From positions 22,775 to 86,774 of the forward strand of contig JAQXEZ010000002.1 of the NCBI GenBank assembly GCA_029250605.1: a stretch of DNA of 64,000 nucleotides. The letters are read 5' to 3'. The translations under genes were made by a program, and so were the position numbers. Source of the stretch: Candidatus Thalassarchaeaceae archaeon. GTDB lineage: Archaea > Thermoplasmatota > Poseidoniia > Poseidoniales > Thalassarchaeaceae. The notes beneath the pieces are model-generated. The model searched no databases, was not told the DNA's origin, and saw nothing but the letters and a program-made list of their open reading frames with translations. Below, one piece after another: positions 44,501 to 54,236 of this stretch. The stretch's first letter is position 1; each line of letters starts with the position of its first letter.

Positions 44501-44587
44501 GCGGCAGTCGCATAGCCTGGCCATTGCGCTGGATTGCTAATCCAGTGGTGTTTCACCTCGGGAGTTCGAATCTCCCCTGCCGCGCCA
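44501..44587 (+). tRNA. tRNA-Ser (anticodon GCU)
   Basis: Manual fold: acceptor GCGGCAG/CTGCCGC; D-stem GCA/TGC with GG in the loop; anticodon stem CTGGA/TCCAG with loop TTGCTAA (GCT); long variable arm GGTG-TTT-CACC; T-arm GGGAG-TTCGAAT-CTCCC; discriminator G plus an encoded CCA. Confidence 0.75.
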
Positions 44588-44632
44588 CCAAAAGGAGGGA
44601 GGATTCATCCATCTTAATGCCCTCAGGGGCAC

Positions 44633-45508
44633 GTGGTCAACACATGGAGCATCCTTGAAGCGGGAGCAATTCTAATCCTCCTAATTGGCGTATTAGTACT
44701 ATTCTGGGTCATACTTAGGCATCTAAGACTCAGGCCTTCTAATGAAAGATCATGGGTGAACGATAACGAACGGTTGTCAACTGCTGAATTCGTTGATGGT
44801 GTGGTGACCGTTCGCAATGTGAGGGATTTCGAATGGCGTAGCGGCAGGGATTTCGACGAGAGATGGGTGGATATGGAGATAAAACTGGATGAGGTGTCGA
44901 AGATCTGGTTCGTTTTGGAGTACTTCGATCCATCTAGGAGACAAATGGCGCATACGATAATGAGTTTCGAGATGAGAGATGGGACGAGGCTAGCCTGTTC
45001 GATAGAGGTCAGAAGGGAGAAGGGAGAAAAGTACCATCCGATAAAGGGCCTCTTCAGGCAATACGAGTTGATTTACGTCTGGGCCACCGAGAGAGACGTG
45101 ATTGGGGTCAGGACACGTTGCAGGAAGAAATCCGTGACTCATCTTTTCGAAGCTGTGGTACTTGGCCCCGGCAATGAAAGGAGGATGCTAGAGTCATACC
45201 TCAACAGGACCAACAAACTCAACCAAAGTCCCGAGTGGTACAACACAATCACCAACACCTGCACAACGAACATAGTTAGGCACGTCAATGAGGTCTATCC
45301 TGGAAGGGTTCCCCGAGCGGTTGCAATACTCCTCCCTGGACTTAGTCCCAACCTACTTCAGAAGAACAATTTGGTCAAGATAGAAGGAACAATTGAGGAA
45401 ACGCTGAGGAACAGCATTATCGATGAGAAAGCAAAGTCTTGGGATGGCGTGGTCGATTTCGGAGATTGGATAAGGGAGCAAGTCAGAGGGGAGCATTCAA
45501 CTGAATGA
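44633..45508 (+). CDS. membrane-anchored hypothetical protein, possibly DUF4105-like (NCTT motif)
   Basis: N-terminal TM helix, then a soluble domain containing YNTITNTCTTNIV, which resembles the DUF4105 NCTT signature. Confidence 0.35.
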   Translation: MVNTWSILEAGAILILLIGVLVLFWVILRHLRLRPSNERSWVNDNERLSTAEFVDGVVTVRNVRDFEWRSGRDFDERWVDMEIKLDEVSKIWFVLEYFDPSRRQMAHTIMSFEMRDGTRLACSIEVRREKGEKYHPIKGLFRQYELIYVWATERDVIGVRTRCRKKSVTHLFEAVVLGPGNERRMLESYLNRTNKLNQSPEWYNTITNTCTTNIVRHVNEVYPGRVPRAVAILLPGLSPNLLQKNNLVKIEGTIEETLRNSIIDEKAKSWDGVVDFGDWIREQVRGEHSTE

Positions 45509-45523
45509 CTCTGATGCGGTTTT

Positions 45524-46717
45524 GTGCTAAACATCCAACCACTCGAAGAACCCGATAGAGTTCGATGGTTCCTGCCGCCCTCGAAGAGTCACATGATTCG
45601 CTGGATTGCACTTGCTTCCCAGTCCGAGTCCCGGACGAATCTAATTTTCCAAGGAACCCCTGGTAGAGACATCGAGTCGATGGCAGAGTGCATGGAGAAA
45701 ATGGGTGCCTCCATAGAAAGGGAGGATCAAGAGTGGGCCATTCGAGGAAAGAAGGATGGTCTAGTTTTGCCCGAATCGTATCTGGATTGTGGCAATTCCG
45801 CCACAACAGCAAATTTCGTCTCCGCGATTGCAGCTTGCATGGACGGCCCAGTAGAAATTGATGGTGACCAAACTCTAAGGAATAGAGATCTATCCCCCAT
45901 GGCCTCGGCATTAAGAGAGCTAGGGTGCGAAGTCTCTTCTGACCATCTCCCATATACTGTTTCTGGACCGATTTCTAAAGGTAATTCCAGCATAGATGAG
46001 TCTTGTTCAAGTCAAACTCTTTCGGGGATGATTTTGGCATCTCCCGGATTTCCTAGTGAAGTGAAAATATCACTTCAAGGTGAAGCAGTTAGTCGTTGGT
46101 ACAGAGACCTGACAATCGAATCTAGTGGTTTGAGTGGTTGGGCCGGAGACTATGGCAAGGTCGTTTACCTAGCCCCGTGGACGGTTGGAACCCCGGAAGT
46201 TATCGAAATCCCGGAGGAAACTAGCCTATTCCCCATCTCACTTCTTTTCGACAAACTCCATGGAACAAAAAGCTTGAATTATAGCAAATTCAAAGGAACC
46301 CCTATCTCAGAAACAATCGAAATGGCAATCTCAGGGAATTCCAGAAAGATTAGCCTAAGAGACTCTAGTGATGTGATTTCGCCGTTGGCTGCATTGATGG
46401 CAATGGGCAACGGTGGAGAAATTGTAGATGCCCCCCATGCACGAGGAAAAGAGTCGAATAGAATTGTTTCAACGATCAAAATGCTATCCTCATTTGGAAT
46501 TGAAGTCGAAGAAAGAACAGGTGGTTTAGCTATGTCCGGGAGTCAACAACCAAGTGCCCCATCGGAGATCGTTGGCTGTAATAATGACCATAGATTGGCA
46601 ATGACGGCTGCCGTTCTGGCCACGAAAGTTGGAGCTTCGTTGTCTGGGCATGAGATCTGTGATGTCACCCATCCGGGTTTCTTAGGAATGATAACCCCCA
46701 AATACTCAGGAATGTGA
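45524..46717 (+). CDS. aroA: 3-phosphoshikimate 1-carboxyvinyltransferase (EPSP synthase)
   Basis: LPPSKSHMIRWIALAS (LPGSKS-type motif) and two-domain EPSPS length. Confidence 0.75.
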   Translation: MLNIQPLEEPDRVRWFLPPSKSHMIRWIALASQSESRTNLIFQGTPGRDIESMAECMEKMGASIEREDQEWAIRGKKDGLVLPESYLDCGNSATTANFVSAIAACMDGPVEIDGDQTLRNRDLSPMASALRELGCEVSSDHLPYTVSGPISKGNSSIDESCSSQTLSGMILASPGFPSEVKISLQGEAVSRWYRDLTIESSGLSGWAGDYGKVVYLAPWTVGTPEVIEIPEETSLFPISLLFDKLHGTKSLNYSKFKGTPISETIEMAISGNSRKISLRDSSDVISPLAALMAMGNGGEIVDAPHARGKESNRIVSTIKMLSSFGIEVEERTGGLAMSGSQQPSAPSEIVGCNNDHRLAMTAAVLATKVGASLSGHEICDVTHPGFLGMITPKYSGM

Positions 46718-46721
46718 TATT

Positions 46722-47687
46722 GTGTTGAGTAGTTATTGGAAAAAGAACCTTGGCACTCATTTGCTTCTAGTTCTAGTTGCGGTAATTTGGGGCTCTACTT
46801 GGGCGGCGGGCAGATTTCTTAGTTATGGATTGAACGAAGAAAACCCTGCCTCACTCAGTCCGGCGACTTCTGCTTGGTTGAGATACGCATTCGCGGTTTC
46901 GGTGTTCTTTGTCTGGTCGATTTCAAGCAGAGGTGATCGAACCTTTCGATTTCTTCCTCCTGACAGGGAATCATGGATTTTCTCGATTTGGCTGGGCCTT
47001 CTGGGAACAATGGCCTATCAATTGTTGTTCATGCATGGGATGAGTTGGACAGCAGCTGGAGATGCATCCCTAATCATCCCCATGAATCCCGTATTTACCG
47101 TCCTTCTGGCTGTGCCGATGCTGGGCCAGAGGATTTCGACAAGGATGTCTATTGGGCTATTGATTGGAATTTCGGGAGTGGCGGTTGTTGTGGGTTGGAG
47201 TCCAAACTCAGGCATCCCAATAGAGCACAGGATAATTGGCGATTTGATGATTCTCTTCGCCGCACTCTCATGGGCCGCTACTAGCAATCTGACTAAGATT
47301 ATGCTTTCATGGGAAAGTGGCTACTCATCTCTAGAGATTGTGGTCTGGTATTCTGTGGCCGGTTGGGCTTTGCTTTCTCCGTGGATGATTGCTGAGAACT
47401 GGGGTTCGGCGATTCCAGAACCAAGCACAGCAGAATGGCTGACAATTGCATATCTGGGAGTAATCTCCACTGTCTTATCCTACGTACTGTTCGCAAAGGG
47501 GATTGAGTTGATCGGCCCCACCGCTGCCTCTTCATACGTCTTCCTTGTCCCGGTCTTCGGAGTTCTAGGGGGGTGGTTACTTCTTGGAGAGGAGATTGGA
47601 GCTTCCATGGTGCTTGGGTTCGTCCTAATTGTATTCGGAGTTACAGAAGTGCAGAGGGAAAGCGATCGAATGTCGAACGTTTCCTGA
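46722..47687 (+). CDS. EamA/DMT-family transporter
   Basis: Ten TM helices in two EamA repeats. Confidence 0.65.
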   Translation: MLSSYWKKNLGTHLLLVLVAVIWGSTWAAGRFLSYGLNEENPASLSPATSAWLRYAFAVSVFFVWSISSRGDRTFRFLPPDRESWIFSIWLGLLGTMAYQLLFMHGMSWTAAGDASLIIPMNPVFTVLLAVPMLGQRISTRMSIGLLIGISGVAVVVGWSPNSGIPIEHRIIGDLMILFAALSWAATSNLTKIMLSWESGYSSLEIVVWYSVAGWALLSPWMIAENWGSAIPEPSTAEWLTIAYLGVISTVLSYVLFAKGIELIGPTAASSYVFLVPVFGVLGGWLLLGEEIGASMVLGFVLIVFGVTEVQRESDRMSNVS

Positions 47688-47748
47688 TGTATACTACTGC
47701 CTCACCGTTAAATACGGAGGGTCAGTGGACGGCCAACGAGGCGATTGA

Positions 47749-48288
47749 TTGGCACGCAAACCGGCAAAGATGTACAGGCAGATCAAGGGTCAGTCATTTA
47801 CCAGGAGGGAGTACACCGGCGGAGTTCCAAACAACAGGATTCTGCGTTACCACATGGGCAACAGGAAAAAGGCAGAGACGGGTGGTTTTCCAGTAGCAAT
47901 TGAGTTACGAGCCGATAATGCATGCCAAATCAGGGACTCGGCCCTAGAGGCTGCTAGGCAGGTTGCAAACTCTACAATCAGAGAAGATGCAGGGACAATC
48001 GGGTATGCACTCAGAATGCACACTTATCCCCACCAAATCTTGAGAGAGAACAAGCAAGCTACCGGTGCAGGTGCCGATAGGGTTTCACAAGGGATGCGCC
48101 TATCATTCGGCAAGAACGTCGGAACCGCAGCAAGAGTCCAGCGGGGGCAGACCGTTATTTCCATTAAGACCGAGGCAGAGAGTTACGTTGCGGCAAGGGA
48201 CGCATTGAGGAAGGCGAGTTGCAAATTCCCCACGCCTTGCACAATCAAGATCGTACAAGGCTCCGAGCATTTGAAGGGCCTAGTGTGA
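47749..48288 (+). CDS. rpl10e: 50S ribosomal protein L10e (uL16)
   Basis: MARKPAKMYR...YTGGVP..RI is the L10e N-terminal signature. Confidence 0.85.
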   Translation: MARKPAKMYRQIKGQSFTRREYTGGVPNNRILRYHMGNRKKAETGGFPVAIELRADNACQIRDSALEAARQVANSTIREDAGTIGYALRMHTYPHQILRENKQATGAGADRVSQGMRLSFGKNVGTAARVQRGQTVISIKTEAESYVAARDALRKASCKFPTPCTIKIVQGSEHLKGLV

Positions 48289-48300
48289 GGCCAAGGGAGC

Positions 48301-48879
48301 ATGTCCCAAACTGATCCACTCACGGTATTGCAAGATTCGCTCAGGGGAGCGCCCATAATCTGGAAGGGTGAGTACCCTTACTTCATCCATCCAATATCAG
48401 ATGGCATACCAAGAATGGAAGCAGAGGTCCTTAGAGCGACCAGGGATCTGATTGTCAGTATGGTTGATTGGTCCCAGATAGACCTTATTGTCAGTGTTGA
48501 GGCCATGGGACTTCCGCTGCTAGCAGCCGTAGGAGAGGTAACTGGAAAGCCGACGGTGGTTATACGGAAAAGATCCTATGGAATGGAGGGCGAGGTCAGA
48601 GTTGATGTTTCAACAGGCTACTCCAGTTCGACGGCCTACATCAACGATATTTCATCTGGAGAAAGGATTCTGGTAGTTGATGATGTGATTTCGACCGGAG
48701 GAACACTAGAGCCCCTTCTGGAAACACTCGAAGGCATGGGAGTAGTTCTCCAAGACGTGATTGTGGCGATAGAGAAGGGAGATGGTAGAGAGAGGTTATC
48801 GAAAGAGAAACCGGAGTGGCCGATTAGAACCCTCGCAAGAATAGACATAGTTGATGGGAAAGTAGTGATTGTCCAGTAA
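48301..48879 (+). CDS. purine phosphoribosyltransferase (archaeal HGPRT/APRT-like, PRTase type I)
   Basis: PRPP-binding motif ILVVDDVISTGGTL. Confidence 0.6.
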   Translation: MSQTDPLTVLQDSLRGAPIIWKGEYPYFIHPISDGIPRMEAEVLRATRDLIVSMVDWSQIDLIVSVEAMGLPLLAAVGEVTGKPTVVIRKRSYGMEGEVRVDVSTGYSSSTAYINDISSGERILVVDDVISTGGTLEPLLETLEGMGVVLQDVIVAIEKGDGRERLSKEKPEWPIRTLARIDIVDGKVVIVQ

Positions 48880-48890
48880 CAGGTGATAAC

Positions 48891-50000
48891 ATGGATCTGA
48901 ATAGACATGAGTTCGAACTCGATGACCTGATAGAGAGAATAAAGGATAATGACAATCGCCTTGTTGCACTTCAGGTTCCAGAAGGTCTCAAGATGCAGGC
49001 ACTGGAAATGATGGATGCAATCGAGGAAGATACTTCTGCGAGAATTATTCTGGCAGCCGATCCCTGTTATGGCGCTTGCGACCTTGTTCATGACAAAATG
49101 CAGCGAATGGGCGTGGAGCTTGTTGCCCATATGGGACATTCACAAATGAATATCGATTCCGGAATGCCTACTGAATTCATCAACGTTACTTACGATGGGG
49201 ATCCTGCAATTGATCCTGTCCTGCCAATTCTCTCGGCGCATCGAGAAATCGCGCAGAAACGCCTCTCCGAGTCTTTGAATGAGGGTGAGATGAGTGAGGA
49301 AGAGGCCAAAGAGAGATTCATGGATGCCGTGGGAAGGGTATCGCCTCTGAGAGGAGCAAAGTTGGGCCTGGTTGGGAGTATACAGCATCTCCACCTAATC
49401 TTCGACTACAAGGAGCGGTTGGAATCTGCAGGATTCGAAGTCGAGGTTCCAGTAGGCGGGGCCCGGCTATCATTCCCTGGTCAGGTTCTGGGATGCAATT
49501 ATTCGGGAGATAGCGATGATATCGGTCACTATCTTTTCCTCGGAAGCGGTGATTTCCACCCTATTGGTTTGGTTCTTCACACAGGAAAACCATTGGCAAT
49601 GCTGGACCCGTACACTGGCGGGGCAGAGGAAATGTCATTCCAAAGGATTGAGGGGATTCTGAGGCAGAGATTCGGGCTGATTATGGCTTGTGACCAAGCA
49701 AAGACTTTTGGAATTTTAATAGGTGAAAAACCCGGCCAGATGAGGAGGAATCTAGCACTTAGGATGAAGAGGAAACTGGAAAAGCATGGTAAGAAGGGTT
49801 ACCTGCTAGCATTGGAACATGTTGGGCCCGAATTAATCGACTTCTACCCGGTGGACGCATTTGTCAATACTGCATGTCCCAGGATAGCAATTGACGATTC
49901 GGTTCGGTATGCAAAACCACTACTAACGCCATTCGAACTTGAGGTTGTCCTGGGTGACAAGAAATGGGAAACAGGATACAAGTTCGATGAGATCCCATAA
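48891..50000 (+). CDS. dph2: diphthamide biosynthesis enzyme Dph2 (2-(3-amino-3-carboxypropyl)histidine synthase)
   Basis: Three-domain radical-SAM-like Dph2 with conserved Cys in each domain (ADPCYGACD...). Confidence 0.8.
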   Translation: MDLNRHEFELDDLIERIKDNDNRLVALQVPEGLKMQALEMMDAIEEDTSARIILAADPCYGACDLVHDKMQRMGVELVAHMGHSQMNIDSGMPTEFINVTYDGDPAIDPVLPILSAHREIAQKRLSESLNEGEMSEEEAKERFMDAVGRVSPLRGAKLGLVGSIQHLHLIFDYKERLESAGFEVEVPVGGARLSFPGQVLGCNYSGDSDDIGHYLFLGSGDFHPIGLVLHTGKPLAMLDPYTGGAEEMSFQRIEGILRQRFGLIMACDQAKTFGILIGEKPGQMRRNLALRMKRKLEKHGKKGYLLALEHVGPELIDFYPVDAFVNTACPRIAIDDSVRYAKPLLTPFELEVVLGDKKWETGYKFDEIP

Positions 50001-50066
50001 ATCTGTACGTAGCCTCTCGGCATTTATTCCAGTAAATTATGAATCAAGGTAACGCTGTCTGGAAGA

Positions 50067-50363
50067 TTACTCTTCTTCGTCATCGTCATCGTCGCCCAAT
50101 AGGGCTTCCCAGTCGAGGTCTTCTTCTGCGGACATGAAGTAAAGTGCCCCCATCGCTGCTGCTGCTAGCATGCCGGCCATGTCTTGTGTGCTGAAACCGG
50201 TATCTGGCCTCATTGCATCCATACTGCCGATTCCGATCAAATCGATTAGGAACAGCTTGTCGCCGCCCCCCAACAATCCTGCCATGTTCACAACAACGAA
50301 GATTAGAATCGCAGCTGCTCCAATTAGAAGTCCCATTCTTTGTGTGTCGTTTAGTTCTACCAT
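50067..50363 (-). CDS. small two-TM membrane protein with poly-acidic C-terminal tail (DDDDDEEE)
   Basis: Two hydrophobic helices and an acidic tail. No recognisable motif. Confidence 0.35.
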   Translation of the reverse strand: MVELNDTQRMGLLIGAAAILIFVVVNMAGLLGGGDKLFLIDLIGIGSMDAMRPDTGFSTQDMAGMLAAAAMGALYFMSAEEDLDWEALLGDDDDDEEE

Positions 50364-50454
50364 AGCAATACCTGTGCATCCCCAAGGGTGACGAGTTATT
50401 AATGTGAATGGTGGGCTGTTGACAAGTTATCTGGCTAAAACGGCTGTTGGGTGG

Positions 50455-51162
50455 CTATTCGGAGTCCTTCGCATCTGAGCCGGAACTGAAATTTAAGACA
50501 CCGTCATCCATCAGATCGGCGATAATGTCCTCCATCTTCCTTCCGGTTTTTTCCGCAATAGCCTGAGTCTGAATTCTATCTGCGTGATCCCTTGCAGTTT
50601 GTGCCTTTGCCGCATCCCCAGGCTGGTTCCTCTGGTTCAAAACAGAGGATAGCCCCCTCCAATTTTCTGGGTTCTCGGCTTCGCTGGCTGTTAGATCCTT
50701 CCAAATCTCGAGGGCTCCGTCAAAGTCGCCCTCTGCAACTAGGCGAGTCGCCCTCTGAATTCTCTGTTCACTGCTCTCGGAGCTTGATGCCTGTTTTAGC
50801 AAAGCCTCAAGTTGTTCATCAGATTCCTCTGAAGATTCTTCACTAGTGGGTTCTTCTTCGGGTTCTTCTGGTGACTCTTCTTCGGCATCGAGGTCATCGA
50901 AGTCATCGAGGTCATCGAGGTCATCGAAGTCATCGAAGTCATCGTGGTCATCTTCTTCCTTCTCGGTCGCCTTAATTTTCTTCTCGGCATCCTTGGCCTT
51001 CTTCTCGGCATCCTTGGCCTTCTTCTCAGCCTCCTTTACCTTCTCCTCAGCCTCCTTTATCTTCTTCTCGGCCTCCTTGTTCTTCTGCGCTAGACGGAAC
51101 GCAATATGCTCAGGAATCTTCTTTGCCATGAAAACTACCGAGACTTGGGAAAGACGGAGCAC
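50455..51162 (-). CDS. low-complexity coiled-coil/acidic repeat protein with C-terminal TPR-like module
   Basis: (K)EAEKK(A/I)K heptad repeats, a (DDF/DDL)n tract encoded by 9-nt tandem repeats, and a C-terminal helical hairpin (GDFDGALEIWKDL...NWRGLSS). Confidence 0.45.
   Translation of the reverse strand: MLRLSQVSVVFMAKKIPEHIAFRLAQKNKEAEKKIKEAEEKVKEAEKKAKDAEKKAKDAEKKIKATEKEEDDHDDFDDFDDLDDLDDFDDLDAEEESPEEPEEEPTSEESSEESDEQLEALLKQASSSESSEQRIQRATRLVAEGDFDGALEIWKDLTASEAENPENWRGLSSVLNQRNQPGDAAKAQTARDHADRIQTQAIAEKTGRKMEDIIADLMDDGVLNFSSGSDAKDSE
50890..51090. repeat. in-frame coding microsatellites: 7 copies of the 9-nt unit gaDgtcatc (50890..50952) and about 5 degenerate copies of a 21-nt unit (50966..51090)
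   Basis: Direct reading of tandem units. They lie inside CDS 50455..51162 and encode the DDF/DDL and KEAEKK repeats. Confidence 0.7.
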
Positions 51163-51228
51163 ATTTAATTGTGGTCCAGACCTTATCAGACAACAAACAG
51201 GGAAATAGCCCCATTTACACTAAAATCA

Positions 51229-51888
51229 CTATGACAAGGATTCGGCCCGTTCCTCACAAGCCTTCGCCCTTCCAGAGAGTCCGATTGAAGAAAAATAGGA
51301 AGAGAATGCATTCCATGTATCTGAGTCAGAAGAATCTTCGGAAACCATATGCTTGAGGTTTTTCAATGCAGATTCGTATTCGCCTCCGACTATCAATTCC
51401 AATGTTTGTTCGATACCCTGGGTTTCCTGTGAGGCCTCAGTTGCCTCAGAAGCCACTGCTACATTGGCATCTGCCTTGCCATACTTCTCCTCCGCCCAGA
51501 GGATTAGCTTCGGCCACTTGCCCTCGAACTTGTCAAGCCTCTTTTCGATGCTGCCGATCATCTTTTCCAACTCCTTTCCGTCAATATTGGATCGGAAAAT
51601 GGACTCCAATGCGCTGAAGGCTTCTTCACGCGAGATCTCTACTTGGGCAGGCTGTTCTGATGCCTTCTGATCTTGCTCTTTTTCTTCCTGGGCTGGTTGT
51701 TCGGAGTCTTCTGGCTTTCCGTACTTCTGCTCTGCCCATTTGATCAGTCCGCCCCACTTCCCCTCAAACTTGTCCAGTCTCTTTTCGATGCTAATGAGGG
51801 CTTTCTCCAGTTCCTCTCCTTCCATAGCCGATGAGAAAATAGCCTCCAGCCTTGCTGTTACTTCCCCTCTTGTTTGTTCGCCTGCCAT
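51229..51888 (-). CDS. internally duplicated helical protein, paralogous C-terminus to the upstream acidic protein
   Basis: Two copies of a ~95-aa unit (…IEKRLDKFEGKW..LI.WAE.KYGK…). The C-terminal GEYESALKNLKHM...TWNAFSS resembles the C-terminus of CDS 50455..51162. Confidence 0.45.
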   Translation of the reverse strand: MAGEQTRGEVTARLEAIFSSAMEGEELEKALISIEKRLDKFEGKWGGLIKWAEQKYGKPEDSEQPAQEEKEQDQKASEQPAQVEISREEAFSALESIFRSNIDGKELEKMIGSIEKRLDKFEGKWPKLILWAEEKYGKADANVAVASEATEASQETQGIEQTLELIVGGEYESALKNLKHMVSEDSSDSDTWNAFSSYFSSIGLSGRAKACEERAESLS

Positions 51889-51944
51889 TCACTCACCGTA
51901 ATTTTCGCAACCCATATGTTGGCTTTAACCCGCCGATATCTCCC

Positions 51945-52856
51945 TCACTCCTCCTCATCAGCGAAGCTTCCGGCCTGGTCGAGAGATTCTGATAACCCAA
52001 GCCAGTCTTTGTTCTGCTTGCCCTTTCGATGAGTGAGATTCTTCCACTTGTTAAATGCGACCTTGACATTGCCCTCGTCCAGAGAAGCTGCGGCAACATT
52101 CATTGAAGCGGCAGCACCTAGAATTTTGACGAGATTTGTAAATGAATCGTTGGCTTTAATCGCCCCCTCTTCTATGTCCGTTCTCTGATCTCTCTCAGCC
52201 TCTCTAATTCCACCCCATATCCTCTCAATGAAGTTCCTATTATCCTGAATCGGGTTGAGTATTGCCTTGTCTACCTCCAGTCCCTTCGAGACAATGTAAA
52301 GAGAGAGGCAGAAGAGGAATGACAGTTCTGCGAAATCAAGCAGGCCCCACTCTAGTTCCTGTCCCTGGAACCTCCATGACCCATCATACCTGCCATAGGG
52401 TCCTACATTTGTCGTCTTTCCTAGAACATTGTTTGATATGTCGGCGAATTTACCCATCTTGTTTGCCGTGGAAAGCAGTGCAACGAATAAGACAAGAATC
52501 CCTATCCTAATAGAACGGATGGACTTGATTGCAATCAGTTTCTTGGTCTTCTTTACTCCGAATTGGTTTTCAATCGGCCTATGGATCCACAATGCCACTA
52601 ATGTGTAAACAAGAGATGTCACTATTGCGTAATCTAAGACTCCGATTTCCAGATAGCCCCAGATCTCGAAGTCAGCTCCCTCTGGCAGCATAATCTTCTC
52701 CTTTCCTTGAGGGATGCTTTCTTGACTTAACAGTCCGGTGCTAACTGCTATGTTGTCGGAGAATCCAGAGCTGTTTACTGACTCGAAAAACGCTAGAAGC
52801 GTGGCACTGAATAAACTCAATCTTGTTGGCTTCTTGAACACCCTCTTCAGTACCAC
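51945..52856 (-). CDS. hypothetical polytopic membrane protein with acidic C-terminus (ADEEE)
   Basis: Signal-like N-terminus and at least four TM helices. Confidence 0.4.
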   Translation of the reverse strand: MVLKRVFKKPTRLSLFSATLLAFFESVNSSGFSDNIAVSTGLLSQESIPQGKEKIMLPEGADFEIWGYLEIGVLDYAIVTSLVYTLVALWIHRPIENQFGVKKTKKLIAIKSIRSIRIGILVLFVALLSTANKMGKFADISNNVLGKTTNVGPYGRYDGSWRFQGQELEWGLLDFAELSFLFCLSLYIVSKGLEVDKAILNPIQDNRNFIERIWGGIREAERDQRTDIEEGAIKANDSFTNLVKILGAAASMNVAAASLDEGNVKVAFNKWKNLTHRKGKQNKDWLGLSESLDQAGSFADEEE

Positions 52857-52958
52857 GGCACGGCCTCAAGTAGCGCTGGTACGCTCAGGCCTATCAAAAC
52901 ACCGAATCAAATAGAGGTATGTGGCAATCATAGGGTTGCTGATGGGTCTGAACCAAAT

Positions 52959-54170
52959 ATGTCTAAGAACGTCGAAATGTGCAATGAATCAATGGCGGAC
53001 TACCTAGACAGGATTGGGGCGGGCAAGGTTCTGATTTCTAGGGAGCCTTTGTCCTATGACTGGACCCCTTCTGAGTTGGTGGGAAGAAAGGACGAACTTG
53101 GTGAATTAGCATCGATGTTCTTTGGAATAGAGAATCACAATGTCAGTTGCAGGGCCGTAATAACGGGGAACGTTGGATCTGGGAAGACTGTCCTAACTCG
53201 TCGTTTCTGCATGGACGTCGCAGCAAAACTAGAGGGGCGAAGGAAAGTCTCGATCGCCCATGTGAATTGCAGGAGCCATCCCTCGGCATCCCAGGTTCTT
53301 CAGCAAATAGCATCGTCTCTTGACTCAGGTCATCCTGAGCGTGGTTTCAGCTCTGGAGAGGTAATACAGAGCATTAGGCGCAACATCCGCTCGCGCGAAA
53401 GTCATCTACTTCTGATTCTGGACGAGGTTGACGTGCTAGTTAGGAGAGATAACTCAGACCTGATCTACAAGCTCCTGAGGATAGACGAGGACAAGGAGGG
53501 AGAGGGGACACTATCGCTAATCATGGTGAGCCAGGAAGATTCGCTCTTCACCCTTTTCGAGGCTGCCATCAAATCTCGACTGGGGGAAAGCAACATCCTC
53601 CGAATGAGACCCTATGTGGCAAGTGAACTAGTGGAAATAGCGAGGCAACGGTACGAGGCATCTTGCAGGCCGAACTCAGTTAGTGACGAGGTTCTCCGCA
53701 AGATTGGCATTTTTGCAGAAGAGTCGGGCGGAGATGCTAGGATGGCCATTGAGCTCCTTGACCGCGCAATTGGGGAGGCGGAAAAGGACGGGAGAGAGAA
53801 GGTGACAGTGGACGATGTCCTTCCAAGCAAGTCTCGCTCTGCCTCCGTGGAGCCGAATCAGGTTGATGGTCTGAAACTGCACCAGAAATTGGTCCTTCTC
53901 GGAATCTGCAGGAGACTGAAGAGGGAGGAAGAGGTATCCAGCGGAGATGCTAGCAAGTTGTATGAGCTGGTCTGCGAGGAGAACAACGAGACACCAAAGG
54001 GGTACACCACATTCTGGAAATATCTGAAGCACCTTGAATCGGAGGGATTGATCGTCAGCAGGGCCTCAAGTTCGAATCGAGGGAGGGGGAGGACACGCTA
54101 CATCACGATGCCGAACTCGGTTCCCGCGGTAATCGGAAGCAGGATAGAAAACGAGCTTCTGAGGAGATAG
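52959..54170 (+). CDS. orc1: Orc1/Cdc6 replication initiator
   Basis: AAA+ Walker A GNVGSGKT, Walker B LILDEVD, sensor-2 GGDARMAIELLD, and a C-terminal winged helix. Confidence 0.85.
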   Translation: MSKNVEMCNESMADYLDRIGAGKVLISREPLSYDWTPSELVGRKDELGELASMFFGIENHNVSCRAVITGNVGSGKTVLTRRFCMDVAAKLEGRRKVSIAHVNCRSHPSASQVLQQIASSLDSGHPERGFSSGEVIQSIRRNIRSRESHLLLILDEVDVLVRRDNSDLIYKLLRIDEDKEGEGTLSLIMVSQEDSLFTLFEAAIKSRLGESNILRMRPYVASELVEIARQRYEASCRPNSVSDEVLRKIGIFAEESGGDARMAIELLDRAIGEAEKDGREKVTVDDVLPSKSRSASVEPNQVDGLKLHQKLVLLGICRRLKREEEVSSGDASKLYELVCEENNETPKGYTTFWKYLKHLESEGLIVSRASSSNRGRGRTRYITMPNSVPAVIGSRIENELLRR

Positions 54171-54236
54171 TCGGTAAGTCAACTCCGAACCGCTCTTATA
54201 GGGGCCTAATGTCGGGATGCCGTCCAAGGTGACCAG

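Noticed and set aside
44456-45508. tRNA-Ser as a possible integration site or start of a genomic island
   Set aside because: No integrase, transposase or direct repeat of the tRNA 3-prime end was found downstream. The flanking genes (aroA, an EamA transporter and r-protein L10e) are core genes.
50890-51090. Tandem repeats that could be mistaken for a CRISPR-like or minisatellite array
   Set aside because: The periods of 9 and 21 nt are multiples of three. The repeats are in-frame inside a long ORF and encode amino-acid repeats. No spacers or CRISPR-sized units are present.
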